A stretch of 63,698 nt of DNA, the filler included, from Thraustochytrium aureum (lineage: Eukaryota): assembly GCA_012862495.1 (NCBI GenBank). It is 5 parts of 4 records of this genome, joined end to end, with 100 filler letters (N's around TTAATTAATTAA, not from the genome) between each part and the next. Parts side by side here need not be neighbours in the genome. Positions count along the whole stretch, not along the records: positions 27,459 to 48,248 come from BLSG01000353.1; positions 48,349 to 59,989 come from BLSG01000356.1; 3 more parts are not named here. One strand, written 5' to 3'. The notes below the pieces were generated by a model that had not been told where the DNA came from, did not search any database, and saw only the letters and a program-made list of their open reading frames with translations. A program made the position numbers and the translations under genes. Position 1 is the first letter of the stretch, and the number at the start of each line of letters is the position of its first letter. This document shows, in pieces, positions 35,539-48,397 of this stretch.

Positions 35539-38500
35539 CTAAGCGCCCCACGCCTTGAGCGTCCGCGCCAAGTTTCGTTCAAAGGCGTCCTCGCTGGCTC
35601 CCTCCTCGCGCAGACTCTTGGCTAGGCGTGCCATGTTGGCTGCAGAGACACGAGGTTCAGCAAACAACATCTCGCGCGGGGCGAGGTATCCGTCGAGAAA
35701 GTCTGCGCTCAAAGGGTTGCCGAGCTCTCTCAGTCGCTCTTCGAAGGAAAGGGACTCGTCCAGCTCCATGCCAACTTGGGCCTTGAGCGGCGCCACGACA
35801 GCGTTGCGCTCAGGAGTCGAAATCAGTGCAACACCACAGCCGTCAACGGCCCCGTCGCGCCGCGTCCGCTTTGCCCCGCGGTCGCCGATGAGCGCCTCGC
35901 GCAGCGCCCCGGCGTGCTCCTCGCGCTGTGGCCCATCCCGAGCAAGGTCCGCCAAGCGGTCGGCAGACCACGTCTCGAAGGAGTGCGACATGGCGACCTG
36001 GTCGACGAAGACATCTGCATCCTCGCCGGGTGCAAAGCGAGCGCGGAGTATCGCGTTCAGTACAAGCTGCCAAACGAACAGGCACTCGCGCGGAGTCAGG
36101 AACTCGAGCGCCGCAACGACGGGCTCGCCCAAAAGTTCCCCAAGCTGGAGCGCAACAACGCGGAGGTCCTCGCTAGCCAGGAGACTGTTCGCGCGCAATA
36201 CATCCCGAATGTGGCGCAGCACAAACTGGTCTCCGCCTTCGTCCGGGGGGGCGGCCCACTCAAGTTTGAGACCACGAAGCATTCTCTGCGCTGCGCCAAA
36301 CTGGGCGTCTGGCGACCAACTTGACTCTGCCCACGGCGGCAAGCCGAGAAATGAAAAGAACTCTGGCGCCGGAGGGTCGAAGAGAAGCAGGTCTGTCTGC
36401 GTTTGGTCGACTTGGCCGACCGCCGTTGCAAATCGCCGAAACCACGACTCGGCGTCCACACAAGAGAGTTGCCAGGCCACGCGGCCCTCCACGGGCTCGA
36501 ACGTAGCCGCTGCAAGCGCATCTGCGCAATGCATGGCCTCGTCGCTCCACGGCAGGGCCTCCACGAGAAAGGCCTCCATGAACGCAGACAGTGAAACCCG
36601 CGAGAAAGAACCGTTTGCAACTCTTTGCCGAGCAGGCCTGGCCACAGCAAACAGGCGACCCAGGGCCAAGCGTACGTTTTCGTCGTCGAGAGAGTCGAGG
36701 CCTGAGCGGCGAGCGAGTATGTCGGCTCCCTCGACTGCAGCGCTAAAGTCACGCCACGCCTCGCGCGGCGACAACCCAGCCACTTCAACGGCGCGTCTGG
36801 CGAACCAGGCTTTGAGCGAGTGCGGGGCGAGGCCAACGTCTCCCAGGATCGCGGCGCGCTCCACCGCCGCTAGTTGGGAGACGCGGACGCGGCCGTGCCA
36901 GTCCCTCGAGAAAACGCTCGAGTGGGTCGCCCGGTTCACACCACGGAGCGGGAGGAGCCGACCCGCTGCCGGCGACCCACGCCGTGAAGGCGTTCAATGC
37001 GCCTTTCGGGAGCCGCGAAAGATCCGGGTTCCATTCGGGGCCACGGTTCGAGCTCGCTGCGTCGACAACAATCGAGTCGCAGCCGTCGAGGCTGTCCAGG
37101 CCAAGGAGCGAGGCGACGCGCCGCGCTAGAGCATCGTCTCTGTCCACTGAGCGATCACTTGGGCCGACGAGAACTGCCAAGCCGACTCGCTTCCCCGCGG
37201 CTGCCGCGCAGTTGCGCACGCATTTCGCTAGCTCGACCCAGTCGGCACCCGCAAGGTCTGGATGGGGGACTGCGAAGATCAAGGCGTTTGCTCCTTGCAG
37301 CGCGGCGCGGTTGTCCTGCCCAGGCCAAACTGCGCGCGAGACGCAAACGGCTAGCTTGGAGCTCACGCGAGAGCTCCGGCCGCCTAGAGGCACGGAGAAG
37401 CTGGCAAGCGCCGAGCCTGCAGACCGACCGCGACTTCCTTGGACGTGGCCAGCCGCACTCAGCTTGGTGCGCAGCCACGCCTGCAAGAGCGGCGCGCTCG
37501 GGCCCGCCAAAGCGTCGGCTTCTAAAACACACAGTTTCCAAAACAGTTGCTCAGCCGCGGCCTCACCGCTCTGATTCGGCACGCCAAGGCCCTCAGAAAA
37601 TCGTTGCGCCAAATGCACCATAAAGCCCCCAAACCCTTCGCTCAGCTGAGCAAAGCCATGGCTGTTGCTGCCGTCGCCCGCGCTGCGATGGACGCTCGAC
37701 CCACCGCGGAATGTCGAAACGGCACCCCCACGCGCCGCCCAAGCGGGCCGAGCTCCATCCTGAGCGGCTTGGCTGTCGTCGCAGAACCCAATCACGCCAC
37801 TTCGCATATCCTTCAGGGTCCTCAGCGCGCCGTCGTCGAGTCCCGGGATCAGGGCCTGGCGGAACAGCGCAATGCGCTGACGAACGGCGACCAATTCGCG
37901 GAATCGGTTAAACCAGATCCTTCGCAGAGCCAGCCGCAGGGCGCTGAGCCGGCGCGCCGCTAGCCGAAACGCGCGCTCAGCCGCATGGGACATCTCATCT
38001 TCCCTCGTCATTCTGCCTGTTTCGTAGTGCTCGCGCTGTAGCTCTGCGCGTTTACGTTCCTCGGCAAGCAAGCGCTCTACCCGTGCCTCTTGCCGGGCGA
38101 GTTCGTCTTCCCGTGCCTTGGCCGCGGCAGCTTGCGCCCTTGCCCTCGCAGCCGTTGCAGCGGCACGTCTGGCTGTGTCTGCGCTTGCCTGCAGCGTCGA
38201 GGCAGCCTGTTCCCCTGGTGCGGCGAGGGAGGGCGTTGACGCCCCAAACCCGGTGGAAAACGGCACGTCATCCGAAGACTCCCGCGTCCTCTCCGGTGGC
38301 TTGACGCCAAAGAGTGGAACATGCGCCCTGCCGCTCTGACCGCTGTTCGAAGCAGGAGCAAGAGCAGGAGCACCAACCCAGTTGACTGGTGTGGCAGCCA
38401 CCGTCGCTCGACGAACGCCGCCCCCAAGCGCCGGGCTCGACAAGCCCGACGCTTCCGTACGGGCTTGCCCAGTTTCGAAACGGGTTTGGGTTGGTGCCGT

Positions 38501-41500
38501 TGTGCTCGGTCGCCACGGAGCCTTTTCGCGCTTGCGAGAATCGACGTGGTCGCCCGACTTGCCATCGTCGTTGTGGTCAATGCCAGTTCCGTCGCCAACC
38601 GAACCGGGTTCGGGGTCCTGCGACCCAGACTGCTCAGCATCGCCATCGCTGTCGCTACTGTACCCATCCCCGTCGCGGCTTACCTTGACTTGGCCCGCGC
38701 GCCCCTTTGATCGCGCCACCTCATGCTTTTCGGGAAACGCGCGGTCGGGCTGAGCCACGACTTGCTGCGCCAAGGCGCTCGAAACGGGAGCGTAGTCTGC
38801 ACGCCTTGCCTGCCGGCAGCAGGCACGGACGGCGGCCGGACAAGGCCAAACTCGCCCATGCGTTTGTTATTCGCACGCTCGAACTTCAGCCTGAGCGCGT
38901 CGGTTCCCTTGACGATCTCGCGCCGCAGCGGTGGCGCGGTCGTGGACCGCTTCTCTGAAAGACCTTGGTACCGCTTGTCTTCGACAACATGGCTGACCCT
39001 CCGAGGAAACTTGCTCTCGGGTTCAAGGAGGGGGCGCTGGCGGCCCAACTCAACGTTCGTTCCGTCGACAGCTTGGAGCCCGAGATAGTCGCAGAAGGCC
39101 CTACAGTGCGGCGTGTCGTTGAAGCAGAGTATTTCCGCAAGGCGGTCATACGTGTACATGGCATCCCCAAACCGCGGGGCCGCCGCGTTGAGCGTGGTAA
39201 GGCTGTTTCGCCAGATCGTCCCGAGGAGACCGTGCATGAGGCAGCCAACCAGGTATGGTGTAGCCTGGGAGCGCAGGATCCGGAAGAATGCTACGTGCTG
39301 GACGGTGCGGCACGTGCTCAGAATGCGAAGCGAAAGCTGGACCCACGCGCTGTTGACCACCTCTGGCGCGAGATCGCGCAGGTAGTCGGAGACCGTGAAA
39401 ACATCCAAGTTCTGCAGCAGGATGTAGTACGCGCAAAACTCAGGCTCATTTTGGAGCAGCCGCACATACGCTGCGGCACCAGCAGGCGTCGCATTGTACT
39501 GCTCTGCTCGATCGCGAACTCGAGAGTAGAGTCCGTTGAGCGCCTTGAGGCAGTTGTTGCCCTCCTGCCTGTTGAGGATCTCGTCGTGGCCTTCCTCCTT
39601 GGTACTTTCGCAGAGCATGTGGTCTGCCATGATGTGCATGCGTGCACATTCTTCAAACACGCGAATGCAGTTTTCAGAGATGGGGCCCTGCTCATCGATG
39701 TAGCCCTGGATGGAGAAGTCTTTGCGAATTGACCGTGTCCGGTCCTGGAGGAAGGCAAAGACGTACGGCACGGATGGGGTTGCCCCGTCGCCCTGCTTGT
39801 AGAGGTGCGAGTCACGAAACCTCGGGTCCACCCCACGCTCTGAAATGTCCAAAATTTCCGTCCACAGGTAGTCGAGTGTGCGCACGAGGACCCCTTCCGG
39901 CCGCACAATCTCCGGAATGTCCAGAGTGATCCCGGCCGCAGACCGCATCAGAGACTTGACGGTAAGCTTGTCGGGAGGCGGCAGGTGCGGCATTTCAGGG
40001 TGCGTTCGCTCCAGCAAGTGCACCGCGTTCTCGTTCTCCCGTTTTTCCGTCTCGACTTTGGGGCACATTTCCATGCACTTGCCTTGCAAGAACCCGTCGC
40101 GGCTGTTTCTTGCGCGAGCAGCTTGCAAAGCTGAGCTCTTTGGCGCGGGCGCGCTTGTCGACGGCTCCAACACTGGGCGCGGAGACGGCTGCCATTGTTG
40201 CGGCTCTGCAACCTTTGCTTTCGCTGTTTGGAAGGGGCCCTCGGGCGGCACAGCAGAGCTTCGCGAGCGGGCTGCGACTGCTGTCGTCGTGTCGCGCTTG
40301 CGTGTAGGAGGCGCGGTTTCCGGATTTGGGGCTCGCTCGGCCTGCGCGTTTTTCAAGGGTCTGCTCTTTTCGCGTCAGCTTCTGCCTTAGAGCTTCAAGC
40401 CGCATCTCCACGTTTGCTCTGGTTTCGCGGCTTGCGTTCGAGCGCTTTTTGCCCTCGGCTGAGGGCGTAGACACGGCAACTTTGTGCTTGGCCTCGCTCG
40501 TCGGCGGTGATGAAGTCGCCCCGCCGTCGCGTTGGACATTTGCAGCTGGCTCCCAGACGCGGGCACTCGGATTTAGGCCCGGTCCTCGCACGGGCTGCTC
40601 GTGGTCGCGCTCTGCACTTGCTTCGCTTCCGGCGTTGCTCTGCGACCGGCTTCGCGGGTGCTTGTTCCAATTGACGCTCAGCCGCGTCGACCCCACAATG
40701 TGGGGTCGGTGCTGCTTGGCTGCAAGGGCATCTGCGTGCGACCCCATGGTCACGAAGGCCTTGCCGCGGCGGCAAGTAACGCTGTCGACCTGGCCAAACT
40801 GGCCAAACCACTCGAAGAGACTGTCTTCGTCCAACTGGCCGCCCTTCATAATTGCAAAGAGCTCCCGATTCGATCCGTCCGCTTCATCCGCGTCGGCGTC
40901 TGACCCTCCAAAATGACTATTCCCGCCTGCGGCAGGAGTTGCACCTCCTCCGAAAGTCGCGGCACTGCTGGGCGCGAAGGCTTTCTGGGGGTGGCTCTGG
41001 ACCGCTTCTTGTGCGCCGCGGCCGAAGGCGAACGTGCCGCCCGGCGGGTAGCTCCGTCCGCGATTGCCCGCCCCTTCGGACTGCGAGCTGGCGGTGTCAC
41101 GGAAAGCGGCCGCCACAGACCCTCGCTGTGGATGCCCCCTCGGAACCTTGTCACTCTCGTGCTGGTTGCCTGCTTTCGGTGCACCTCCTCTGCCCAAGCC
41201 ACTTGCGGCGCCCTTTCCGAAACTCCCAGCGCCAAAACGTTGGTCCCCACCTAGTTTCTTGCTGCCAAAGCCTTCGACGGGCGCAACCGTCTGCGCCTGG
41301 GAATTGTGCTTGAAGCCTTGTGCTTTGCCGAACCCGCGACTCGCAGCGGCGGGGTTTCCAAAGCTCGACCCAGCTGATGCTGGCGCCCCAAACCCGCCAT
41401 TCTGTGCGCCATCTTCCCCGGCCCCTACAGCCTGGTTGCCGAATCCACCGAATGATGGCGTGGCGTGCTGTCGGAATCCGCTCGCGCCTGCTTCTTGATT

Positions 41501-41649
41501 GTTGGAGCCGCCGAAAGGCGGGGCGGCGAACTGGTCCAACCCACTTGAGCTCGCCTCGTGCTTGCCGTAACCACTCGTTGGCGCCGCTTTTTTCTTCCCG
41601 GAACCGATTTTCCCAGCGGACTTCCCGAATCCAGTTGTTGCATTGCCTC
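35539..41649 (-). CDS. SAC3/GANP (MCM3AP-like) mRNA export scaffold: FG-rich N-terminus, RRM, SAC3_GANP domain; frameshifts ~40350, ~38770, ~36940; 5' end in gap
   Basis: FG-repeat region, RRM (WFGQFGQVDSV...AFVTM), G.CMEMCP..E...RE, VRPEGVLVRTLDYL, FLQDRTRSIRKDFSIQ, E.CARMHI, NEPEFCAYYIL. Confidence 0.85.
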
Positions 41650-42311
41650 NNNNNNNNNNNNNNNNNNNNNNNNNNNNNNNNNNNNNNNNNNNNNNNNNNN
41701 NNNNNNNNNNNNNNNNNNNNNNNNNNNNNNNNNNNNNNNNNNNNNNNNNNNNNNNNNNNNNNNNNNNNNNNNNNNNNNNNNNNNNNNNNNNNNNNNNNNN
41801 NNNNNNNNNNNNNNNNNNNNNNNNNNNNNNNNNNNNNNNNNNNNNNNNNNNNNNNNNNNNNNNNNNNNNNNNNNNNNNNNNNNNNNNNNNNNNNNNNNNN
41901 NNNNNNNNNNNNNNNNNNNNNNNNNNNNNNNNNNNNNNNNNNNNNNNNNNNNNNNNNNNNNNNNNNNNNNNNNNNNNNNNNNNNNNNNNNNNNNNNNNNN
42001 NNNNNNNNNNNNNNNNNNNNNNNNNNNNNNNNNNNNNNNNNNNNNNNNNNNNNNNNNNNNNNNNNNNNNNNNNNNNNNNNNNNNNNNNNNNNNNNNNNNN
42101 NNNNNNNNNNNNNNNNNNNNNNNNNNNNNNNNNNNNNNNNNNNNNNNNNNNNNNNNNNNNNNNNNNNNNNNNNNNNNNNNNNNNNNNNNNNNNNNNNNNN
42201 NNNNNNNNNNNNNNNNNNNNNNNNNNNNNNNNNNNNNNNNNNNNNNNNNNNTTGATTAGGGTGGTCCTGATTGTGCGCTGCTGGCGGACGGCGGGGTGTG
42301 GGGCTGGCTGG

Positions 42312-45300
42312 CTACTGGAGGACGCCGAGCTGCTTCATGAGGCCCGCCGCGTTCCAGCTCATCTCGACCTCGAGGATCTTGTTGTTTTCGTGGTTGAAGG
42401 TGACGAAGATCGTCGTGTTGAACTCGTATGGCCGGGGCGTGTTGACGAGCGCGCCGCTGTACATGCCTTTCACGAGGCAGCCCATCTGAGTGCGGGACTC
42501 CACATCCGGCCCGGAGCCGTTGGCGGCGGCCTCAGCAGCTGCTGCGGCCGGCCGCCGCCTTGGCTGCTTTGGCCTCACGCTCACGCTTGATCTTGTTGCC
42601 GCGCTTGCGCTTGTTGACAGAGACAAAGTTGTGGCGGGTCATCTCCATCGTGGAAAACGGGCGGCGCAGGCGGCGAACGTAGTCGACACAAGCGTCCGGG
42701 CCCATGAAGGCGCCCCCCATGTTTGCGTCCTGGAACACGCAGTTGTCGTCGAGAAGCTCGTCGGCGATGTCAAGGCGTTCCTCGGGCGTGTCGACTTGGA
42801 AGATGCGGGTCAACTCGATGCACTTGGATTCCTTGAGCTTTTGGTCGAGCTTCGGGAGGGCGACCGGAGGCAGGTTTGAAGGGGGCGCGGGCGAATCTAG
42901 CTCGCTTGGGGAGGGCGACGACCTCGTGGCGTCTTCAACCGGAGCCTTGGGCGACTCTAGATCGGCTTCGGCCCGCTTACGCTTTGAGCCGTCGATCTCG
43001 TCCAGCGACTCCTGCTTCATGCGATCCCCGAGGGTCTCTCGGAAGCTCTCGGGCAGCAAGCCCAGCTGGCGCATGACGTCGAGGGCAGCCCAGCTGACGA
43101 GGAGCTGCTGAATCTGCGCGCTGCCGGGGATGAACCTGTACGCAATGACGACCTTGAACGAAACGCGCTTGCCCTCTGGCTTTCGGGGCATGCCGTCGTC
43201 GACGAGAGCGGCAGCGGCCTTGGCAGGATTGGTCCCCTCCGCAATCGCCTTGGCCTTCGCGGCCNNNNNNNNNNNNNNNNNNNNNNNNNNNNNNNNNNNN
43301 NNNNNNNNNNNNNNNNNNNNNNNNNNNNNNNNNNNNNNNNNNNNNNNNNNNNNNNNNNNNNNNNNNNNNNNNNNNNNNNNNNNNNNNNNNNNNNNNNNNN
43401 NNNNNNNNNNNNNNNNNNNNNNNNNNNNNNNNNNNNNNNNNNNNNNNNNNNNNNNNNNNNNNNNNNNNNNNNNNNNNNNNNNNNNNNNNNNNNCGGCCGC
43501 GCGCGACGTTCTTGCGCGTCATGAAGTTTTCCTCAGTGGCCGTGAGGCCCTCAAACGAGCACCGGATCCGGCGAATGTACTTGAGGACCTTGTCGATTCC
43601 GTGGATGACGCGCACAGTGTTGGGGTCGTAAAGGTCGATGTTGGGCGAGAAGGCGGCCTTGGCGAACCCCATCAGCTCTTCCTCCGAGCGCTCGAAGAGC
43701 TCCTTGAGCACAATCGCAGACTTGTGCCGGTTGCGCATGAGGTCATCGTCTACCTCTGCCGCAGAGTCGCCGGCGCCCGAGGCCTCAGCGCGAGCGTCAG
43801 CAAGCTCGGCTTCGATCGCCGCAGAGGCCAACGCGGTTGTCCTAGAGCCGGAAGAGGACAACGCGTGGCTGCTGGCGGCGGCGACGGAGGAGGAGGAGGA
43901 AGAAGACGACCCCAGTGCACTGGCGGCATCAGAGCTGCCAGAGGCCAGCCCGTCAGCGACAAATGAGGTGCGCTGGCGGTTAAAGTTCGACTCGTCCGAA
44001 CCCTTTAGCGCGGCAGCAGTTCCCGGGTTGTGAACGACCCAGATTCCGGCCCTGTTGAGGCGCTCCTGCTCGAGCTCCTTGTCAAAGGATACGAGGTACT
44101 CCTCCCAGTCCGCTTCGTGCTTGCCACCCGACGGGAATTCGTGCACGAAAACGATCAGCTTGGCGAGCTGCTCCTTGGACAGCTCCGCCGCGATGTTGCG
44201 GAACAGAAGGTTTTCGCCGCTCAGCCTCTTGCGCTTCAGGATGAGGGTGTGCAAGTTGTCGAGCTTTTCGAGAACCGCTGCGATCTCCTTGCACATTTCC
44301 AGAACCTGGAGACGGCGCGCTCGCAGCGCCTTGAGCTGTTCCTTGCTGAGGTCGAGGCGCGTGCGCAGTTCGTTCCAGAGACCGCCGCGGGCCTTGAAGT
44401 ACGAGTCAGCTTGCGCTGTCTGCCACAGATACATTTTCGTCACATGGGTGGGCTCCACTTGGCGAAGCAGTCGGGAGATGATGTGTTTCGTGGCCTCCTC
44501 GCGGTTGCGTCCCTGGTTAGCGTTCGTTTGTATGTACTCCTCTGTCAGCGCTGTCATCGAAGGCGGGGCGGCGCCGTTTGCGGCGGGGCGGGGCTTCTTG
44601 CCCTTGAGCACCTCTTTCATCTGCGTCGCGAGCTGATGGCACTGGCGCATCATGTTGCTTTGCATTTCCTCTGAACCGAGCTTGAGCTGGAGCCGGAGTC
44701 GAGCGTTCTCCTGGCCGAGCATTGTTTCGCGCTCTTTGAGCTTTTGAGCGTATTCGCGCTTGCGCTTTCGGCAGTTGCGCACTGCCTCGCGGTTCCGCTC
44801 GCGCTGCGCGAGGCTCTTGGGAGACATCGCGGCTGGCTTGCGCCGCGAGGAGGCGCTCCCGCCCGCTGCTGTCGGGCTGCCGCGGCTTTGGGCGCCTTCT
44901 GTCATATCTTCTTGCTTGACCACAGATATCGGTGGCGGCACGCGCCGAGCGGGCACCGTTGGCCTGGCGACTGGGGCCACGGGGCGGACGGGCCTGCTGC
45001 TTGGTTGTGGCGGCAAGGGCGGCTCGAGCGCTCCACTACTGGTGGCTTGCGTCGGTTGCTGATGGACCGGATACGGGTCCGCACCGGGCGCAGCATAACC
45101 GCCCAGTTGTTGACCGTGACGCATATCGCCTTGGTGTTGCGGAAGGTGGCCGCCCAATCCCGGGTCCGGAATCGCGTCCTCTGTGTAGTACATGGGCGGT
45201 TCTGTCGGGTTTGTTGGCATCTCTTGGGAGTCGATGTAGTCGATTGGAGGGATTGGTTCCACGCNNNNNNNNNNNNNNNNNNNNNNNNNNNNNNNNNNNN

Positions 45301-46105
45301 NNNNNNNNNNNNNNNNNNNNNNNNNNNNNNNNNNNNNNNNNNNNNNNNNNNNNNNNNNNNNNNNNNNNNNNNNNNNNNNNNNNNNNNNNNNNNNNNNNNN
45401 NNNNNNNNNNNNNNNNNNNNNNNNNNNNNNNNNNNNNATCTCTTGGGAGTCGATGTAGTCGATTGGAGGGATTGGTTCCACGCTCGCAGCCCCCTCTTGC
45501 TGGTGGTGGTGTGGGTGGTGGTGCTGCTGTTGAAGGTGGCGTTGCGCAGCAAAGCCGTAACCCCCGTCGCCAGTGTGCTGCGGCTCGTACTCGGCTTGCG
45601 CGTGTTGCGACTGGTAGTAGGCCTGCGCGCCACGCCGTCTTTGCCCTGTGGCCGCCTCGGTCGCAAAGGCTTGCATCGCTGGGGCCACGCCGGGGTGGCC
45701 ATTCTGCGGGCCGCCCATGACAACGTCCATGGCACCGTCCATGTCATCTGTGAGCGGAGTGACCTCGGTGTAGGCCGTCGGCGCTGGGTAGTAAGGCGAG
45801 TCTACCAGGAGGTCATTGGCCCACCCAAATCCAGGCCCGTTCTCCGCGCCGATGCCGTCCATGTGCTGCTGCATCGAAACAGGATAGTGCACTCCATCCA
45901 CGTACTCCCCAAGCGCGCCCACCATCGTATCATGCTGCACGTGCTGCGGTTGCTGCGCGTGATAAACCTGCCTCTGCTGCGCCCCGCCCTGTCCAGCCGA
46001 GGCCTCCGCCGGGGCCGCCCCAAACCCGTCGTCCTGCGGATCCCCAGCGCCGCCGTTGAGCAACCATTGGAAAACATCGTCGTACGGATCCTGCTCCCAC
46101 GACAT
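42312..46105 (-). CDS. bZIP transcription factor with two C-terminal SnoaL/NTF2-like domains (gaps, frameshift ~42540)
   Basis: RERNREAVRNCRKRKR plus leucine zipper and a Q/H-rich N-terminus. Two repeats of the pattern D.....D....G...(Y)VRR.R..F ... SW.A...M.QLG.L. Confidence 0.75.
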
Positions 46106-46269
46106 CCTCGCCGCCGCACGCAGCCAGCCAGCCAGCCAGACCAGCACGAGCAGCGCGACCGCCCGGCGCCAGGCCGTCCAATCGGGAGAGACACTGTCTG
46201 CGCTCCTGCCTGCTCTCCTGCCCGCCGCCCTCCCGCCCTGCTGCTGGTCTGCTTTGCCCCAGCTCGCAC

Positions 46270-46399
46270 GACCTAACCCAACCCTAACCCAACGCAGTAC
46301 CCTGCCCAGCAGCATGAACGACGAGCTGTGCTGCCTGGACCTAACCCGTTTGTCCGTCCCGACACCTCGCAAAGAGAGGCAAAAAACGAAGACCTAACC
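46270..46399. promoter_or_regulatory. Cluster of telomere-like/telo-box-like CCTAACC motifs
   Basis: GACCTAACC at 46270, 46338 and 46391 and ACCCTAACCC at 46281, in the divergent bZIP/BMT5 intergenic region. Confidence 0.35.
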
Positions 46400-46560
46400 G
46401 AAGAAGTAGCCCAGCCCAGCAGCAAGGAACAAGGAGCGTTCGGTGGGAGGGGTGCGGAACGCATTTGGGTCGTGTTGCATGCGTGTGTGACTTGCGTCCA
46501 GGTCGCGTTGAAGCGGATTGGAAGGCCTCTGCCGCGCAGAACACGACGAGCAGCCGTGCC

Positions 46561-46617
46561 CCTGTCTGTCTGCCTGCCTGCCTGCCCGCCTGCCTGCCTG
46601 CCTGCCTGCCTGTCTGT
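46561..46617. repeat. (CCTG)n microsatellite
   Basis: cctgtctgtctgcctgcctgcctg... run. Confidence 0.9.
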
Positions 46618-47015
46618 CGGCGAGCACCGGCCTCGAGCACCATCTTCGGCCAGCTGCCCCGGCCTCGACTTGCAGCGCTTCGGTCAGCTGCCCCGCACCG
46701 TTCGCGGCCTGGTCTGCAACACCTGCCCGTCGGCCAGCAGCGCGCCAGGGCCTTGCATCGCTCAGCGGGCCTGAGCAGCTGCTCGTGTCGGTTGACCAGC
46801 AGCACGTGCAAGACAGACCGTCCAGGCAGTCACGAGCAGGTCAAGCGGGCTGGACAGCCTCTCGGTCACCGGTCGCCTTGGTCGTCAGCAACACCGACAC
46901 CGCAAGCAGCTCGCTGGCGATAGACAGTGGCGGAAAGACTCGCTAGTGCACCTCGTTGTTAGTTCCGGCGGTCGGTCCGGCGGTCGACGGCGTCGAGCCT
47001 CGGCAGGAAAGGAGG

Positions 47016-48142
47016 ATGGTCAAGCGCGTGGCGCAGAAGAATCGGAAAAAGGTGAAGCTTCAGCGGCGCAAGGGCGAGCTGCAAGCCAAGGCGCAGCAAC
47101 GCAAGACGCACCTTGCACAAGCCGCCGCGCGGAAGCGCAAGCACGAGTCGATGGCGAGGGCGCGGGAAGCGGGCAGAGCAACGAAAGGATGTACCAACCG
47201 GGACTGCGCGTGCTCCTTGTCGGTGAAGGCAACTTCTCCTTCGCGCGGGCGATGATTCGCCGGTGGGAGGCCGAGCGCCTGGCCGCCGAGAAGAAGGGCG
47301 AGATAGCCCCGGCAACTGGCGTCGAGGACCTCGTCGGCTGGAACATGGTTGCCACCTGCCTCGACTCCAAAGAGGAGTTGACCACAAAGTACCCGGATGT
47401 GAAGGACATTGTCCGCGAGATCAAGGCATTTGGGGTTACCGTTCTCACCGGTGTTGACGCAACGGACCTGATCGGGAGCAAGCGCGTCGTACGCGCGATG
47501 ACAGAGCTCTGCGAGTCGCACCGTGCTCGTAAAAAGGCCAACGCGGCACCAACCGCGGAGGACTTGCTGCAGTACGGCATGGGATCTTTCACTGCGAGTG
47601 GCGAGGGCGAGGAGGGCGACGAGGACGAGGACGAGGACGCGATTCTAGGCTTTGACCGGGTCATCTTTAACTTTCCCCACCTCGGCCAGGGGATCTCAGA
47701 CAAGGAGCAGTCCATTGCCACGCATAGAGAGTTTTTAGAGCGGTTCCTCCTTAGCGCGCACGCAGTCCTGGCCAAGGACGGGCAGGTGCACATCACGCTC
47801 AAGACGGGCGAGCCGTACGACTCCTGGCGCGTGCCGAAAATCGCCACCAGTACTGGGCTCTACACTGTCCACAGCGCTGTGCCTTTTGACCCGGCGCAGC
47901 ACGACGGTTACTCTCACAGGCGCACGGTTGGTGCTCCAGAGAACGAGCTCGAAGCCAACGTGGATGTGCACTCCGACAAGACGACGTCCCGCACGCTGGT
48001 CTTTGCTCGCGCAGATGCTGTTTCTGGGACGGCCAAGTCAAGCGAGCCCCACCAACCGAGCAACGGCAAGGGGCGCGCCAGGCGTGGTTCCCTCGACAGC
48101 TACGACAGCGACGCTGAGAGCGACGCCGAGGCCTCAGAGTAA
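47016..48142 (+). CDS. 25S rRNA (uridine-N3)-methyltransferase BMT5-like (DUF2431); frameshift ~47185
   Basis: RVLLVGEGNFSFA, GVDAT, FDRVIFNFPH, HITLK.GEPYDSW, GYSHRRT; basic N-terminus from the ATG at 47016. Confidence 0.88.
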
Positions 48143-48248
48143 AGCCGTCTCGCGAGCACGGCCTTCCTGCTGTTGGGTGCGACGCTTTGTGTAATTTTGA
48201 ACGAACCGAGAAACTCTTGCACTTCTGGTGCGTGCTTGACGAAACGCT

Positions 48249-48348
48249 NNNNNNNNNNNNNNNNNNNNNNNNNNNNNNNNNNNNNNNNNNNNTTAATTAA
48301 TTAANNNNNNNNNNNNNNNNNNNNNNNNNNNNNNNNNNNNNNNNNNNN
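48249..48348. other. Artificial scaffold linker
   Basis: N44-TTAATTAATTAA(48293-48304)-N44. Confidence 0.97.
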
Positions 48349-48397
48349 TAGACTTCCACTCGTACGAGATCATGATCTTCGCTGGGCGCGCCGCCAT
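48349..48397 (-). CDS. 5' fragment of a TIR-domain gene (left copy), truncated by the scaffold end
   Basis: Minus strand reads MAARPAKIMISYEWKS; 47 of 49 nt are identical to the start of the TIR ORF at 59789. Confidence 0.7.

Noticed and set aside
46270..46292. True telomere or chromosome end
   Set aside because: Only two degenerate units, internal between two genes.
144..48142. Calling frameshifted genes pseudogenes or programmed frameshifts
   Set aside because: They include essential genes (SRP68, GANP), the breaks often fall at homopolymers, and there is no other decay or slippery-site consistency; sequencing error is more likely.
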